From Podarcis erhardii (lineage: Eukaryota), in NCBI GenBank assembly GCA_964252035.1, contig OZ176211.1: 64,000 nucleotides of DNA. One strand, written 5' to 3'. Positions 22,344 through 35,420 of the stretch are shown here, piece after piece. Positions within the stretch are counted from its first letter, which is position 1. Every line of letters begins with the position of its first letter. The translations under genes and the position numbers were made by a program. The notes under the pieces were generated by a model. It did no database searches and was not told where the DNA came from. It saw only the letters and a list, made by a program, of their open reading frames with translations.

Positions 22344-24189
22344 ATATAAAAATGTTACACGTTTTCTAATTTCACTCTGAGGGATTGTTTAACATTTCCT
22401 TTCTAATGCTACTCGAGAGAATTGATTATTATTATTATTATTATCATCATCATCATCATCATTGTCCATTATATCACTATTTTTAGTTTCTTTTCTTTGC
22501 AAACTGTAACCCAAAACAACCCTAATATATGCTTAACCCTTGCACTGAAATAAAGGGCAAATAGATTTCAATTCGCTTTTTCTCATTGATCTATTTCAAT
22601 TTCAACAGTCTTCTAGACAGTTTTAGGTTGGTTCTAGTACAGCTCAAGTTATTCTGAGCTAGGGTGTAGTGTGTATTAAATCTGCAAGTAATATCAAAAG
22701 GAGCTGGAAACTGAACCAGAGAAGACTGGGGTAATATTATTAGCAATGTTCTAAAAAACCTAGTAAAGTCTCATTTGCACAGCATTGCAGTAGAACAGGG
22801 GTGGAAAACCTATGGCCTTTCATTTGCTACAGGATTACAACTCCCATCATCCCTGACCACTGGCCACGGCGGCTAGGACTAGCACCCAACAACATTTGGA
22901 AGGCTACAGGGTCACCCACCCATGCCAAGGACTCAGAATAGAACTGCCAAGGTGACAAACGTTTTAGAAGATATATTTTTTTAATGTGATAGAAGCCTAA
23001 AGTGATCCGGTATGTTTTATGTAATTTAAAAAAAAATATGGAAGGGGCAACGTTTTTTATATTTAGCAGAAATATTACAACAAGGATGGAAAACTCAGAA
23101 TTACAAAATAAAAAGGATGGCGTGTCAGATAAGATAAAGAAGTTGAAAAACTTCCCTCCAGTTAAGAGCGATAAGAGCAGTTAATTAATGCAATTCCCTT
23201 TGTAGAGAGGATGTGACAACAGAGAAGGGTATGTATAATTAGCAGAAAGTCTTGTGGGAATCCCCCCCCCCCATTCCCGCTCTCTGGCTGAACCTAAATT
23301 CTCAGCTGGAGTCACTTTACTGCAAATGGGGACAGATCAAAATAGCTCTCAGAAGCAGTGGGAGAGTGATAAGGGTTTGCTCAGCTTATCTGACGTGCCA
23401 CAGAGACAAGAGAATGCTTTTGCTGAGAACAGCATGGCTGGAGATCTTTTCTGACTTGGGGACTTTGAAGAGCAGGATGGAAATATATCTGTATGAAGCT
23501 CATCAAACAAATGAATGTGAGCAGAAGGTATATGGAAAAATAATAGTAAGAAAAAGGCTCTGATCCAGGCAACGTCAGTTGTGTCCAATGGAAAACAACG
23601 TTCCTTAAACTAGTCAGGACTAACTTTATTTTCTTCTTCACCCTAAGGCTGCTGGGCAGGTTACATAAACTAAGATCCCATAAAAAAAGAATAGTCAACA
23701 AACCATTCAACTATTTTAATAAAGGAACTAAAAACACCATTTGCAAGGTGGACAACTAAAAATGTGTTATGAATTTGAGGGTGCAAGACCGTCTAACTTT
23801 CAGATCATGCTAGTGCCTGTGATAGTTAGATTCATGCATGTAATTAAGTGTCAAAAGTCAATTAAGTCAAGACTAGCCTCCTGCATGAGGTGTTTAATTA
23901 CGCTTGCTTTAAAAACGAAGTGTCAGACTACCTAGAGGTTAGAATCGAAGGAACCGTAGTATTCTAGGCACAGTGCATTTTACATTGTAATCCTAGCCAA
24001 ATTAACAAGCGTTAATGAAGTCAGGCAGACTTCGAAGCCCCTTTTTTTGAGAGCAGGAGAGCAGGTACTGTCTTAAAGCTCTCCACACTTAGTCACTTAA
24101 AAGAGATGCATGGCTCCAGGCGCTCCAAGAGGAAACTGGTTTTCTAGATGCATTTCAATTGGAGTTTAGGTCCACTTTTGGCATAGAAA

Positions 24190-25500
24190 CAGCTGTGATC
24201 ACCCAGTACGACAACCTCAGTTGGGAGAGAGCTGGGGCGGGGGGAATGTGTCCCTGTTAATACTCCTTAACCTCTCAGTAGCTTTCAATACCATTGGCTA
24301 TGGGCCCGTCCAGGGGCGCCAACTTATAAAAAATATTGGGGGGGCCCAAGACCTCCAAACCGCTGCTGCTGGGGGAACGAAAGGGGCAAGCCCCGGGCTG
24401 CCCCGACCTTAAGTGAACCTGTGAGGGCCCGCCCTTTGCGGCAGCCGATTGGCTGCCGCCGTGGGCGGTGAATATTAATGAGCTAGGGGGAATCCCCGCT
24501 TCTCGCGGGGCTGACGCCAGCCCTGCGAGATTGTTGATGGGTCGAGAGCCTGCAACCCCACCCCCTCTCTAGATCGGGAGTGGCTTTGTTTTAACTCATT
24601 ACTGAATGTATTTTAAAAGGTAACTATCGTCAAACAAGGAAAATAAAAAATACCAACATAATTTTGTGATTTTACAAAGCATAATATAACTAATAATTTT
24701 CTTAAATTATTGGGGGGGCGGAGCCCCCCAAACGAATTTTTGAGGGGGCTCGGGCCCCCTCAGGCCCCATGGAGTCGACGCCTATGGGCCCGTCTGGAGT
24801 GACTGTCCGAGTTGGGGGCGGGTGGCACTGTTTTGTGGTGGCTCCGGTCCTACTTGGAGGGTGGTGCTTGGGGAGTGCTCTTCAGCCCCATGGAAACTTC
24901 AATGTGTGGTTCCTCTGGGTTCTATTTTACCCCCTATGCTGTTTAACATCTACATGAAGCCAGTGAGTGGGTTTATCCAGAGTTTTGGAATATGTGGTCA
25001 GCAATATGCTGGTGACACACAGCCCTACTTCTCCTTTTCATCTACAGGTGAGGCAGTGGATGTGTTGGACCCTTGTCTTGTTTTGGTAATGAACTAGACA
25101 AGAGTCAACAAACTGAAGCTCAATCCAGATAAGACTCAGGCCCTGTTAGTGGGTGGTTCCCTACACCAGATAGATGGGGTTACCCACTTCCCTTAAAGGA
25201 GTGAGTATGAAACTTGAGGGCATTCCTGAATCCTCTGCTGTTGCTTGGCTCAGGTTACTGAGTGCTTTTCATCAGCTTTGGCTGGTGGTCCAGTTGCCCC
25301 CTATCTGGACAGAGATAGCCACATGCACCTTTATGGGGGAAGGAGTTTACTGCTTTGGGGCTGCCACAGAGAAAGCTCTTTTACTGCCTCCCCTGCAGAT
25401 GAGGGCTGCGACACTCCCCACCGATCCCTGACGGCTGTGGCACTACCAACAAGACCTCTTCTACTGATCAGGATATCCAAACTGGTACATATTTGTTCCA
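24190..25500 (+). mobile_element. Decayed L2 LINE reverse-transcriptase fragment, split by a hAT MITE
   Basis: LLILLNLS.AF.TI, VP.GSIL.PMLFNIYMKP, QQYA.DTQ.YFS and NKLKLNPDKT RT-domain remnants. Confidence 0.8.
24311..24786. mobile_element. Non-autonomous hAT element, CpG-rich, inserted in L2
   Basis: Perfect 8-bp TSD ggcccgtc (24303-24310 and 24787-24794); imperfect TIRs CAGGGGCGCCAACT / CATAGGCGTCGACT. Confidence 0.85.
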
Positions 25501-26674
25501 CTGGTCATGGTAGGACTTAGCTGTGGCTAGCTTGGTCTGAAAACCTTCAACAAATGCTATCAATTTCAATTACCTTTAACTTCTTTTTATCTTTCTCTGA
25601 GGAAAATCTAGGTGCACCGTGATCTTTTATAGATGCCTGTCTATTTCTCAAGATAGAGTAAGGTCACATCTCAGCCCTGTCTGCTGAAGGTTTCTGCCAA
25701 TAGACTGCAGGTCAGCACTATGTCAGAAATTCACACCTGAATTATTCAGGTATTTGAGGTGGCCCTGGGTGCCCTTTAGGAATTGCAACAAGCTCCTTGC
25801 AAGATGTTTGGCTTCAGCTACGTCCATGGTTGGGTTGGTGGTGGGGAGGGAGAACACCACAGTGTTTTTAAATCACTGAAGTAAAAACACAGTTCAGACT
25901 GAGATCTCCAGTTTATTTTCAAGGGCCTAGAATTCAGCCTTGCTACGAGAAAAGGTTTTTTTAAAAAAGAAAACATTCTCAAAGGCATTGTGAGGCAGTG
26001 TAACAAATTTTTCCTGCTGAATTTCAATTGGGAAAAAGTGAACATTTACCTAGTAAAAACAAACAAAAACGGAAGTACATATTTCTGTCTGTACAGCACT
26101 ATCCTTTCCCTTCCTCGTCTGTGTACTCATTTCAGCTGCACCCTTAGGTAATACAGAAAAATCAATTTTGTCTTTTGTTCCATAAATTACACAGGAATTT
26201 CTCTTTGCACTTTAACAGAACAAACTGCAGTGCTTTCTCTCTGTCCTCTCATTCTCACCTCTTTGTACAAAAAACTCCATTAGAATTGAGCTAAAGTGAC
26301 ATACTAATTGTAATGATTAGCTCAATTGTTATCAATGTCTACCTGCCATTCCTATCGTTGTTTTATTTAATTTCTTACATTTCCATTTCTTTCCTCTAAG
26401 GAGCTCAAAGTGGTGTGTATGGTTCTCCCGATACCCATGTTATCCTCACAACAACCCTGTGAGGTAGGTTGGCTGAAAGACTGTCCAACGCTCACTCAAG
26501 GTAATGTATATCAATTGACCAATGTATTACTGCTCTTCTTTGGCAGGGGTGGGAACAGAGAAATGATGCAGTCCATCATATTTGCCTGAAATTTATAACA
26601 TGCTCTGAGCTTTAGGCTCTTCTTTGTGGATTAACAAAGCTATATTTCAAATTTTAAATTGATGATTACATTTT

Positions 26675-27950
26675 ATTTGGATGGCATGCATGCCTATGGT
26701 ATGGAAAGGCAATTATATATATGAGCTTCTCAAACCATATAATCAGAAAAAACCTCTATACAGTTTGGGAAAAATATAAAAAACCTATTAGAAAGAAAAA
26801 CATTGCTGTGTTTATCACTGACAGAAGTCCTCTCAAGAAAAAAAATTAACACAGAAACAAACTAGAGTACATATAGAGATCTTCTAAATCTCATTGGGGA
26901 GGAATACAAACTGAAAGAATATGATGAGATAAAAGACCAAATGACAGATTGGTTAAGTTATTACCAGTTAAGGGCAAAATTTAAATTAGACAAAATATAC
27001 AGTTTTGCTGGAAAGACCTCACAGTTTGAAGATATTAAGATCCAATGCCTAAATATTGTCAAAATGTATAATTTATTACTTGAGTGGGAGACTATGGAGG
27101 AAACAGTAAAATCTACAATGATAAGTTGGGCTAGGGACGTTGAACACAATATAGATTTTATACTATGGAAACAACTGTGGAAAGTAAATATAAGATTTAC
27201 GGCATGCTATACGTTAAGAGAAAAGTTTATGAAGGTGCAGCATAGGTGGTATCTGACACCCAACAGATTAGCAAAAATGTCAAAATCAATAAAAGGTAAC
27301 TGTTAGAAGTGTAAAACAACAGAAGGAAGCTTCTACGACATGTGCTGGTCATGTAGCATAATTAAAAATTATTGGGAAATGATTTATACTGAACTTAAAA
27401 TATGTTTAAAAAATCTTTTGTTAAAAACCCAGTAGCACTACTGTTAGGGCTAAAAACTACAGAAGTTTCCAAAAGAGAAAGCAATTTGTTTCTATATGCT
27501 ACAACGGCCGGCTGTGTATTATTAGCACCAAAATGGAAAAGAAGACTGGCATATTAAACTGTTAGAATGTGCAGAGTTAGCAGGGATGACCACTAGAATA
27601 AGAAATCAAAACTATCTAAGATATAAAGAAGACTGGATACTATTTACAGAATATATGGAAAAGAACTATAAGCAAACAATTTACCTAGCAGGATGGTAAC
27701 TTTTTCAGCAGAGTAAGACATCAATAAAGTATATAAAAGTGGTCACAATAGACGAGGTGAACTAACAAAACAAGATGAAAAGAGGGGCTAAAAGGAACCA
27801 TAGAAGAAGAGGAGAAGTCAATGAATGTTTTCTGATTTTTTTGTCAATTATTTAAAATCTTTGAAAGGAAAGATTTCTCTTTGTTGTATCATTTTTGTTG
27901 ATGCTTTGTTGATGTGGAATGCTATCAGAAAATCAAATAAATAAAATATG
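26675..27950 (+). mobile_element. Degenerate L1-clade LINE 3' fragment (non-inverted relative of the 14-16 kb element)
   Basis: Translates as KMYNLLLEWETMEETVKSTMISWARD...RWYLTP.RLAKM, with frameshifts and stops elsewhere and an A-rich end. Confidence 0.85.
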
Positions 27951-28150
27951 GGAAAAGAACAAAGCTATGTCTTAGAAACCCAGGAAGCTACATGATATAT
28001 TTAGTCAGACTATTACTCCATCTAGCCCTGTCTTGTCTACTCTGATTGCAGTTGCTCTCTAGGGCAGTGGTGGAGAACCTCTAGCATGTGGGTCTCATGA
28101 GGCCTGCTAGGCCTCCATCTGCCCTACGTGATATCAAATGTGGGATCATA

Positions 28151-28565
28151 AAGGGTCTGGAAACCCAGCCTTATTAGGAATGTTTGAGGGAATTGGGTAT
28201 GTTTAGCCTAGTAAAGGGGAGACTGGGATGAGATACGATAGCCATCTTTAAATATCTAAAGGGCTGTCACATGGAGGATGGAGCAAGCTTGTTTTCTCCT
28301 GCTCCAGAGGGTAGAACCCAAACCAATGGATTCAAGTTATAAGAAAGCAGATTCTGACTAAACATCAAGAACTTTCTGACAGTAAGAGCTGTTTGACAAT
28401 GGAATTGACTCCCAAAAGAGGTGGTGGACTTTCCTTCCTTGACAGTTTTTAAGCAGAGGTTGGGTGACCACCTGTCATGGATGCTTTAGTAGAGACTGCT
28501 GAACTGCAGGGGGTTGCAGGAGACATTGGGGTCCCTTCCAACTCTACAATTGTATGATGATATGA
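28151..28565 (+). mobile_element. CR1 LINE 3' fragment
   Basis: Typical CR1 end: gaattgggtatgtttagcct...tttaaatatctaaagggctgtca...ggtcccttccaactctacaatt.tatgat. Confidence 0.85.
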
Positions 28566-30109
28566 GGTGCTGATTGGTGGCAGCTCCAAAGCCCTGTGCC
28601 AGGTCCCTTGTACAGCACTTTGCAAGCCTCAACAACCATGTCATAATGGCATCAGCTAATTGGCAGGAGGGTGGTCTCACCAACCTGTCAAACTTCACTC
28701 ACAAGTGGGTGGGAGAGTTAAAGATCTGGCCCACTGGCTGGCTCTCAGGGCAAAGTGATCCACCTCACCACACTACTTGATCTTTTTAACTGGAGATGCC
28801 AGGGATTGATAGGAAGATGTATAAACACCCCAAAAGTAAATGAAGGTGAATGCTCAATAAATACTGGAAGCAATCTGACTGCTGTGTAAACAGTAAAAAA
28901 ACTATAGTAAATCAGGATGATTGCTAATAAATAGGTCATCTGGAGAAGGTCTTTTAGATTTTTTTTTTTTTACATATATCCAGAAATAATTGCCTTCCTA
29001 AAGTGCCATTTACTGCCAGAAGCCTGACATTATTCTCTTTATTTAGAATATTTACACCCCACTTTGCAGCCCCAAGAGGCTCCTCAAGCAATTTACAAAA
29101 GGTTCTCACAATGAAACCACTTGCATATCTTCAATTTTACCTTGCATATTTATCTTCTGATATAAAAAGTACTTTGATCCAACTATTTGCATAAAAATGG
29201 AAACATGGCAGCGGGAACAAATGCAAGATACTTTTAGAGAATTCTCAATGGAGGAAAATCTCTCCTAAAACATAACAAATTTCTGTAGCTTCATACATGC
29301 AGAGATACAAATGGACCTCTAGTGAACTTAATATGAATCACTGGCCCGTGCATTAACAAAGATGTACAAACATTTGTTGGCTTAAACTAAAGGCTTAGGA
29401 AAAATGAGACACCTAACAGCTTTATCCTATAAGGGAATGTGTCAAGCAGCAAAGGGAACTGACTGCATAGAGCACTAAGTAGCACACTGCCATAATAGCA
29501 GACATATGTGGCATAGATAGTGGTACCACATATCTACTCAGAAGTCCAATGGACAGAGGATTGTAGCCTAAGGCTGCAATCCTACGCACAGTTACCTAGG
29601 AGTAAGCTGCGTTGAACTGAGTGGGACTTGAGTGGAAGCAGATAGGCATTGGATCGGGTTGTATTGAAGGTGTTCTTTCTCCTTTCTGAACCACTAAAAT
29701 TCCTGCAGATGACCATAACCTTATGTGGCTCTTTTTGCAAGACAAATAAGAATATGGGCCATCACCACAGCAACCAGTCTCTCACCCATGTCCTGTACAT
29801 TTCACCACCAATCAACAATATGGGGCACATCCTAAGGAAAATGTACTCCATAAGGGGTGCTCCAGGGACATTAGGGGTCTGTGAGGAGTTATGGAATTGG
29901 ATAAATTTGATACAAGGCTGTTTTGTGGATCAGCCCAACGTTCTTTGCAACATGAAATTTCCCCCTGAACAATAATCCAGGATCTTACTTTAAAGGAAGA
30001 TTTTGTGATGGCGAGACATTTGTCCTCTTAGCTTTCAGAGCCAAGAGTTCAAAACCCTCCTGTTTGTAACAGATTCTCCACCTAGCAATGTAAAGGAAAG
30101 AATACTTAC

Positions 30110-30236
30110 CGGGTCCTTTTTTACCAGGTTTCGATCAGACACTACTGCAATGAGGTGGGCGAGTGTAAACACAGAATTAAGAACGTAAGAAAGAAACAAA
30201 TTCTTGTGCAGTGTTATCCTTTGACAGCTGAGGCTC
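30110..30236 (-). CDS. CALCR: Calcitonin receptor exon, 127 nt, ICL1-TM2 ([42 protein letters not shown])
   Basis: [11 protein letters not shown] signature; cag acceptor and gtaag donor. Confidence 0.97.
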
Positions 30237-32613
30237 CTGCAAGATACGCACCACAAATTGTAAATTAGTGTTTTGATTCTTATGTCACTTTTTAGCAAGC
30301 ACATGCTGGCAAGTTTTTTTCCTGAAGAATGCAATCTGGCAACAGGCAGTTGGAAACCCATGGCTGGCAATGAACCCATGGGAGCCAAACATTTTGCTTA
30401 AAGATGCATGCTTTCCAAATCACACTTAAAAGGACCTCTCAAACCTGCTTTCTGTCTGAGCCCTATAGGCTCAAACTGTACACTACAGGCAGAAAGGTGC
30501 CCTGATACTAAGTGGCATTTTTGTGTACATACAAATTGCAAACAGCAAATGAGGAGATGTTCTTCAGAACACTTAGATGGAAATTACATAATGCCGTAGG
30601 AATGGGTAATCAACTAAGCAAAGAATTTTAACCTGGAATTTCCCTGGATGTCAGGGAGATTTGTATTCATATTCTGCATGGTTTTTATTCCTTCTTGGAT
30701 TCCACAAGAATGAGGGACTTATTTCCTGCTTGATTGTGGCCAACATAATCAAGGAAGTGACCTATTTTTCAAGATTTCCACACACTACAGCCAAAATTTT
30801 ACTTGAACTAATCACAAATTATTGTGTCATTAAATCACTAGACTCATTGACACAGAGAACAGCAGTGCTATTGTATGTTTGAACTGGCCATCAGTAGTTG
30901 GGATAGTCGAACAACCAAAAAAGGCTCCTACATGTATACTAGAATGTGGACAAAGTGATACAATTGCTTACATTGAATTTCATCTGCTATTTTGTTGCCC
31001 ATTCATCCCAGCGTGAAGAGTTCCTTCTGAAGTTCTTTACAACCTGCATTGGAAGTTGCTAGCCTAAATAATTTAGGGTACCCACCCTGTCCACCCAACT
31101 TGGCATCCTGATTGCAGATCATTCAGTACACTAAATAGAAGCTGCTGACTTCCTTCCTTTATGACCACTTAATTCCATCCTCTGTTTCCTATTTCTGTAA
31201 ATAGACTATTGGGGCACATACCCATGTCCTTTCTTATTCATGCTCAGGCTATTCATTTCTGTTTCTGTAATGACTGCAGAAAGCATGAACAGGAATATGC
31301 CAGAAGTGGCTCACCAGGTGGGAGGAAATGTAACACTAGCTTCTGAGCAGGTGAATTGCAGTTGCTTACCAGAAGGTGGAGGGACAGAGACAAGTCTGGA
31401 ACGTACAAATATCCAGACTATTATTCTCACAAACTATGAAGCAAGTTTCATCAGAGGAGCAAACTCAGCAGACAAGCAGTGAACCACCTTTTAGCCCAAG
31501 GATCAAAATAAGCCCCATGTTTAGGACCGTATGCTGTTAGTGGAGGCAGTAAAACTAAAAGAATGTTGTTGTTGTTTAAGAAAACATTAAGAAAACACCA
31601 TGCCTGCAACCATGGGTGAGTAGCCCCTAAACACTGCAGTGAATTTTTCCCTCCTCAAATCACTGAAATGCTCCACACAAATTAGATGCCTGCAAATAGG
31701 CTAGTGAATTTGGAGGAGACATTTTTATTTAGCCCTCATTTGGAGCAGGAGAGAATTATTTAAGAATAATAAACTGAAGCACTATAACAGCATTCCACGT
31801 TGTGCATGAATGGAATGGCCGGTTGCATCGGTACGTCACACAAAACCATGGTTTAGTGAAACAGAACTGAGACTTGGGCTCATGTACTCTCCCCTCTCTT
31901 CCTCTTTTGCAGCTGGGAGGAGGATTTTGGCAGCGTTTAATTTCAGTTTCCTTGAATCTTGGCTTGTTGTGTCTGTTGGAACAAGGAATCGCAATTCATT
32001 CCAAACCAGTAAGCTTCATAACAAATTATTTCAGAATGGATTATTTTGAAACTAATCATTGTTAGGAATAAAACACGATTCCTCATCTAGGCAGCATGGC
32101 AAGCTGAGATTCAGAGAAACTGAAAAGAAACACTGTCAAAGTCCTCCTACCAGACTTGCAAGAGAAGGAGGTGTGGGGAGAAGGGGAGAGTGCAAGTTCT
32201 AGGTTCATTGTGTCTCCATTCTGCATGTGCAGTTTACAACAGGTAAGATAATTTATTTGAGCTAGACGTATGTAACCTGGAAGGAAGTCCTACAGAGTAC
32301 AGTGGGATTTACTTCCAAGTAAACATGCACAGGGTGGCGCTGTAGATCTACTTTGGTAAGGAAAGCAGTAGGCAATCTTCTGTTACACAGAATAGCACAT
32401 CAGAATTTGTCTGTTTTGAATTTTTTTGCATAATTTCAGGTAGGCATGGTGCTGTACCTTCAATGAGATGGAACAAAATGGAATTTGAATAAGGTTATTT
32501 CTAGTCACTGTAGGCTGATGAGCGAATTGTTGCATTGCATGGAACTGAGGATGACTGGTTGCTGTCGCTGAAGAAAAGAAGTCATTGAAGAAAAGAAAGA
32601 AAAGAATACTTAC

Positions 32614-32705
32614 TTGAAATGGAAGAAGATTCCCAAGGAAATCAACAGGGAGGTTATAGACAAAGCGTGTCCTACTATAGTCATATAGTAAAGGATGAAT
32701 ACCAT
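32614..32705 (-). CDS. CALCR: Calcitonin receptor exon, 92 nt, TM1 (MVFILYYMTIVGHALSITSLLISLGIFFHFK)
   Basis: TM1 motif IVGH.LSI.SL.ISLGIF; cag acceptor and gtaag donor. Confidence 0.96.
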
Positions 32706-34544
32706 CTGAAATTTAAAGAGAAGCAACAAATGGCAATATTTTTGTTTGCTTAGACATCCTTTTGAGACATAGATATTAGATATGTATATTCTCATTTGAA
32801 AAATGCTAAAGTTGACGTCCCTCCATGTGTTGAAGATTTAAATGTACATAGATTTAGTTAAAGAGCTATAAGACCATATGTAGTCATGGGTCAGGAAGAA
32901 CACGTCCCTTCATATTCATTTCTGAGCCTTACCCCATGAATTGTTATAGAATTCTATAACATTTTGGAAGGAAATGGATCAAAACATACAAACTTTATAT
33001 TACTAAAATAAACCCCTATAGTATGGTACTGATATAGCTATAAGCACGGTACGCTTTTGAAGGATGATGTGGTTCATCATGAAGCCAAGAGAACCGAGGA
33101 AAATGCTTCCTGCTTCACTCAAGGTACTTCGGGGGCATTGCGGGGGGGGGGGGGAGATGCCTGACAGCTACTAGGACTCTAGTCATTCTTCATATAACCA
33201 CGTTGAAGCTGGAAGAATTTGTTTCAGCCACTCTCATTGAAACAAAATAATTAAAAATCACAGAGGAAACAGAAATCATTTTTCTACAAAGGGATCACTC
33301 TCTTTCTTTCTCTCTCCCCCCCCCCCAATAAATTGCAGTTGGTTTCAGATGCCTGGACTACTTTGATGCTCTACTGCACACCATTTCTATTTTATTTGTC
33401 TCTGCATTTAGGATAAATGATTGCCAGAGTTCTCACCGAGAATAGAATATCATTACTGCTTCTTACAAAGGGATACAGATTTCATTAGAATATTAAAAGC
33501 CATATTTATCAATCTAATTAGACTTTTCCACAGAATTATGTGCTGAGTATTAGGCCACAGCTGGGTCTAAATGTCACAAACAAAATGGAAAAGTCCTCTA
33601 ACCAACAGCAGCCTACAAGTTTACAGAATGGGAAAAAGGGGGGCGTGGGAAGGATTATTCCCTATCCAGTGATGGGCAACAAGCTTCAACTGCCGAGTGC
33701 CATTCTGGAGGCTGGCACTAGGTGGTGGCAGAGATCCTGGAGCTGCTACCCCAACATGCAGTGCTATGTAGATACATGGCTACTGAGCAGGTAGACTTGT
33801 CTAGCACATGCTGATCGCCTTGGTGCTTCTTCCCACATGAAGTGGTGCTCAGTGGTGGAAGCTCGTAGCCCTTTGGCAAAATTCTGCTCTATCTACTGCC
33901 ATTGCCAGCTTTTTCATACCTTATAATAACTACAATGATGTTATCAGAAGGGTTGGATTAATCAGCAGATGATCCAGGCAGCTGCCACTGGCAAGAGGCA
34001 CAGTGGGCCCCTGTTATGGGTCTACTCAACTGGTCTACTCAACAGCTGAAATAAACCAGATAAGCAATTTGATCTTCAGTTGCAAAATGGCAGCACGGAC
34101 CTGTATGGCCATGTTCCTTTGGTAAACAACATTGTTTTAATTTGCAGGAATATGTGCAGCATCAGTGCCAATGTGACAAGAGATTATTGTGATCAAATCT
34201 AGGTGTGTAAATTTATCATCTCTTATCATATGGATGGAAAGTTGAGAAATGGGCTACATTACAAAACAACCCCCCTCCCCACACCCGGCATATTCCAAAG
34301 CTGAGAAAAACAGAGTGTGCTTGCTTGCCTAGATACTACAGGGATTTGCCCTTAGCATCCACAATTAAGTACCAGCTTTAATTTTAAACAATAGTGCACA
34401 GAATGTGTCCCTGAGGCCTATGTCATTTGAAACATAGGGAAGGGGCTAGCACTATTTTATATTGCATCCTAAATCGTAGGCAGAAAATGTGTAGGAGTCA
34501 ATTTTGGATAGTGGCAGCCGTTGCATCAAACTTTAGAAGCCTAC

Positions 34545-34657
34545 CTTACGCTTTTCATTTGTGAAGGAATTGCACCGTGTGTAGTTGGACCAGGTACGAT
34601 TACTTTCAGGATGCCGGAACCAGGTCCCAGTCTTGTCACAGTATTTTGTTGCTATTT
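34545..34657 (-). CDS. CALCR: Calcitonin receptor exon, 113 nt ([38 protein letters not shown])
   Basis: Translated by hand (not in the ORF track); [19 protein letters not shown] motif of CALCR; cag acceptor and gtagg donor. Confidence 0.96.
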
Positions 34658-34789
34658 CTGTGAATTAAAAAGGCAAGAGTTTGTAATTCATACCAGAACC
34701 CTACGCCCAGATACCAAACCATGCTAGATCTGGCACATTTCAATAATTTTAGGTCACGTTTAAAATAAAGCCGATCTATTTATTCCTTT

Positions 34790-35420
34790 TCTTCAATTTT
34801 TTATTTTATAAATAGTGTATTAATTTTCAAGAAAAAGATAAGCATTAACTATACAATTGATTTAGCCCCTTCCCACCTCCCCCCACAAAAAAACCAGAAG
34901 ACAAATGTGTCAACTTGTCCCATAAATCTATATGTGTAGGTTGGTAGGTGCCAGACATAAGGACGTCCATTTGAGTATTTTATAAAGGGGTGCCATATTT
35001 CAACAAAATCATCTGTATCGGATATGTCATTCAAGGCATGAAATCTCTTAGTTAGTTTCTCAGATAAAGCAATTGTCCATACGTTCTGTTTCCATCTTGT
35101 GATATATAGGCGATCAAATCCTTTCTAAAGGTAATTGTGTAGCTACCAAAAGAAAAACGACAAGTTCCTTGTCTAATAATTTAGGAATCTTTGAAGATTT
35201 TTAAAAAACCTAGACATAGATTACATCTTGGTTCCTGAATTTGATTATTTCTGTAAAGACCCTTTCCCAAAATGGTGGCACTAATTCACATGTCCATCAC
35301 ATATGAAAAGTTGTGGCAATTACCTTGCACCCTATCCAGCATGCCGAAGAGGATACTTTATCTATATAACTGAGTCTTACAAGTGTTAAATGCCATCTAT
35401 ATATTAACTTAAAAGAATTA
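34790..35420 (-). mobile_element. Old L1-clade LINE 3' fragment
   Basis: Reverse strand reads roughly IYRWHLT.VRL...CW..C...TFHM.WTC...PFW, followed by an A-rich tail. Confidence 0.65.

Noticed and set aside
33645-33652. CGTGGGAA RBPJ-type motif (GTGGGAA also in the 100-bp inverted repeat arms)
   Set aside because: 7-8-mers are expected by chance in 64 kb, and the spacing does not fit a paired site.
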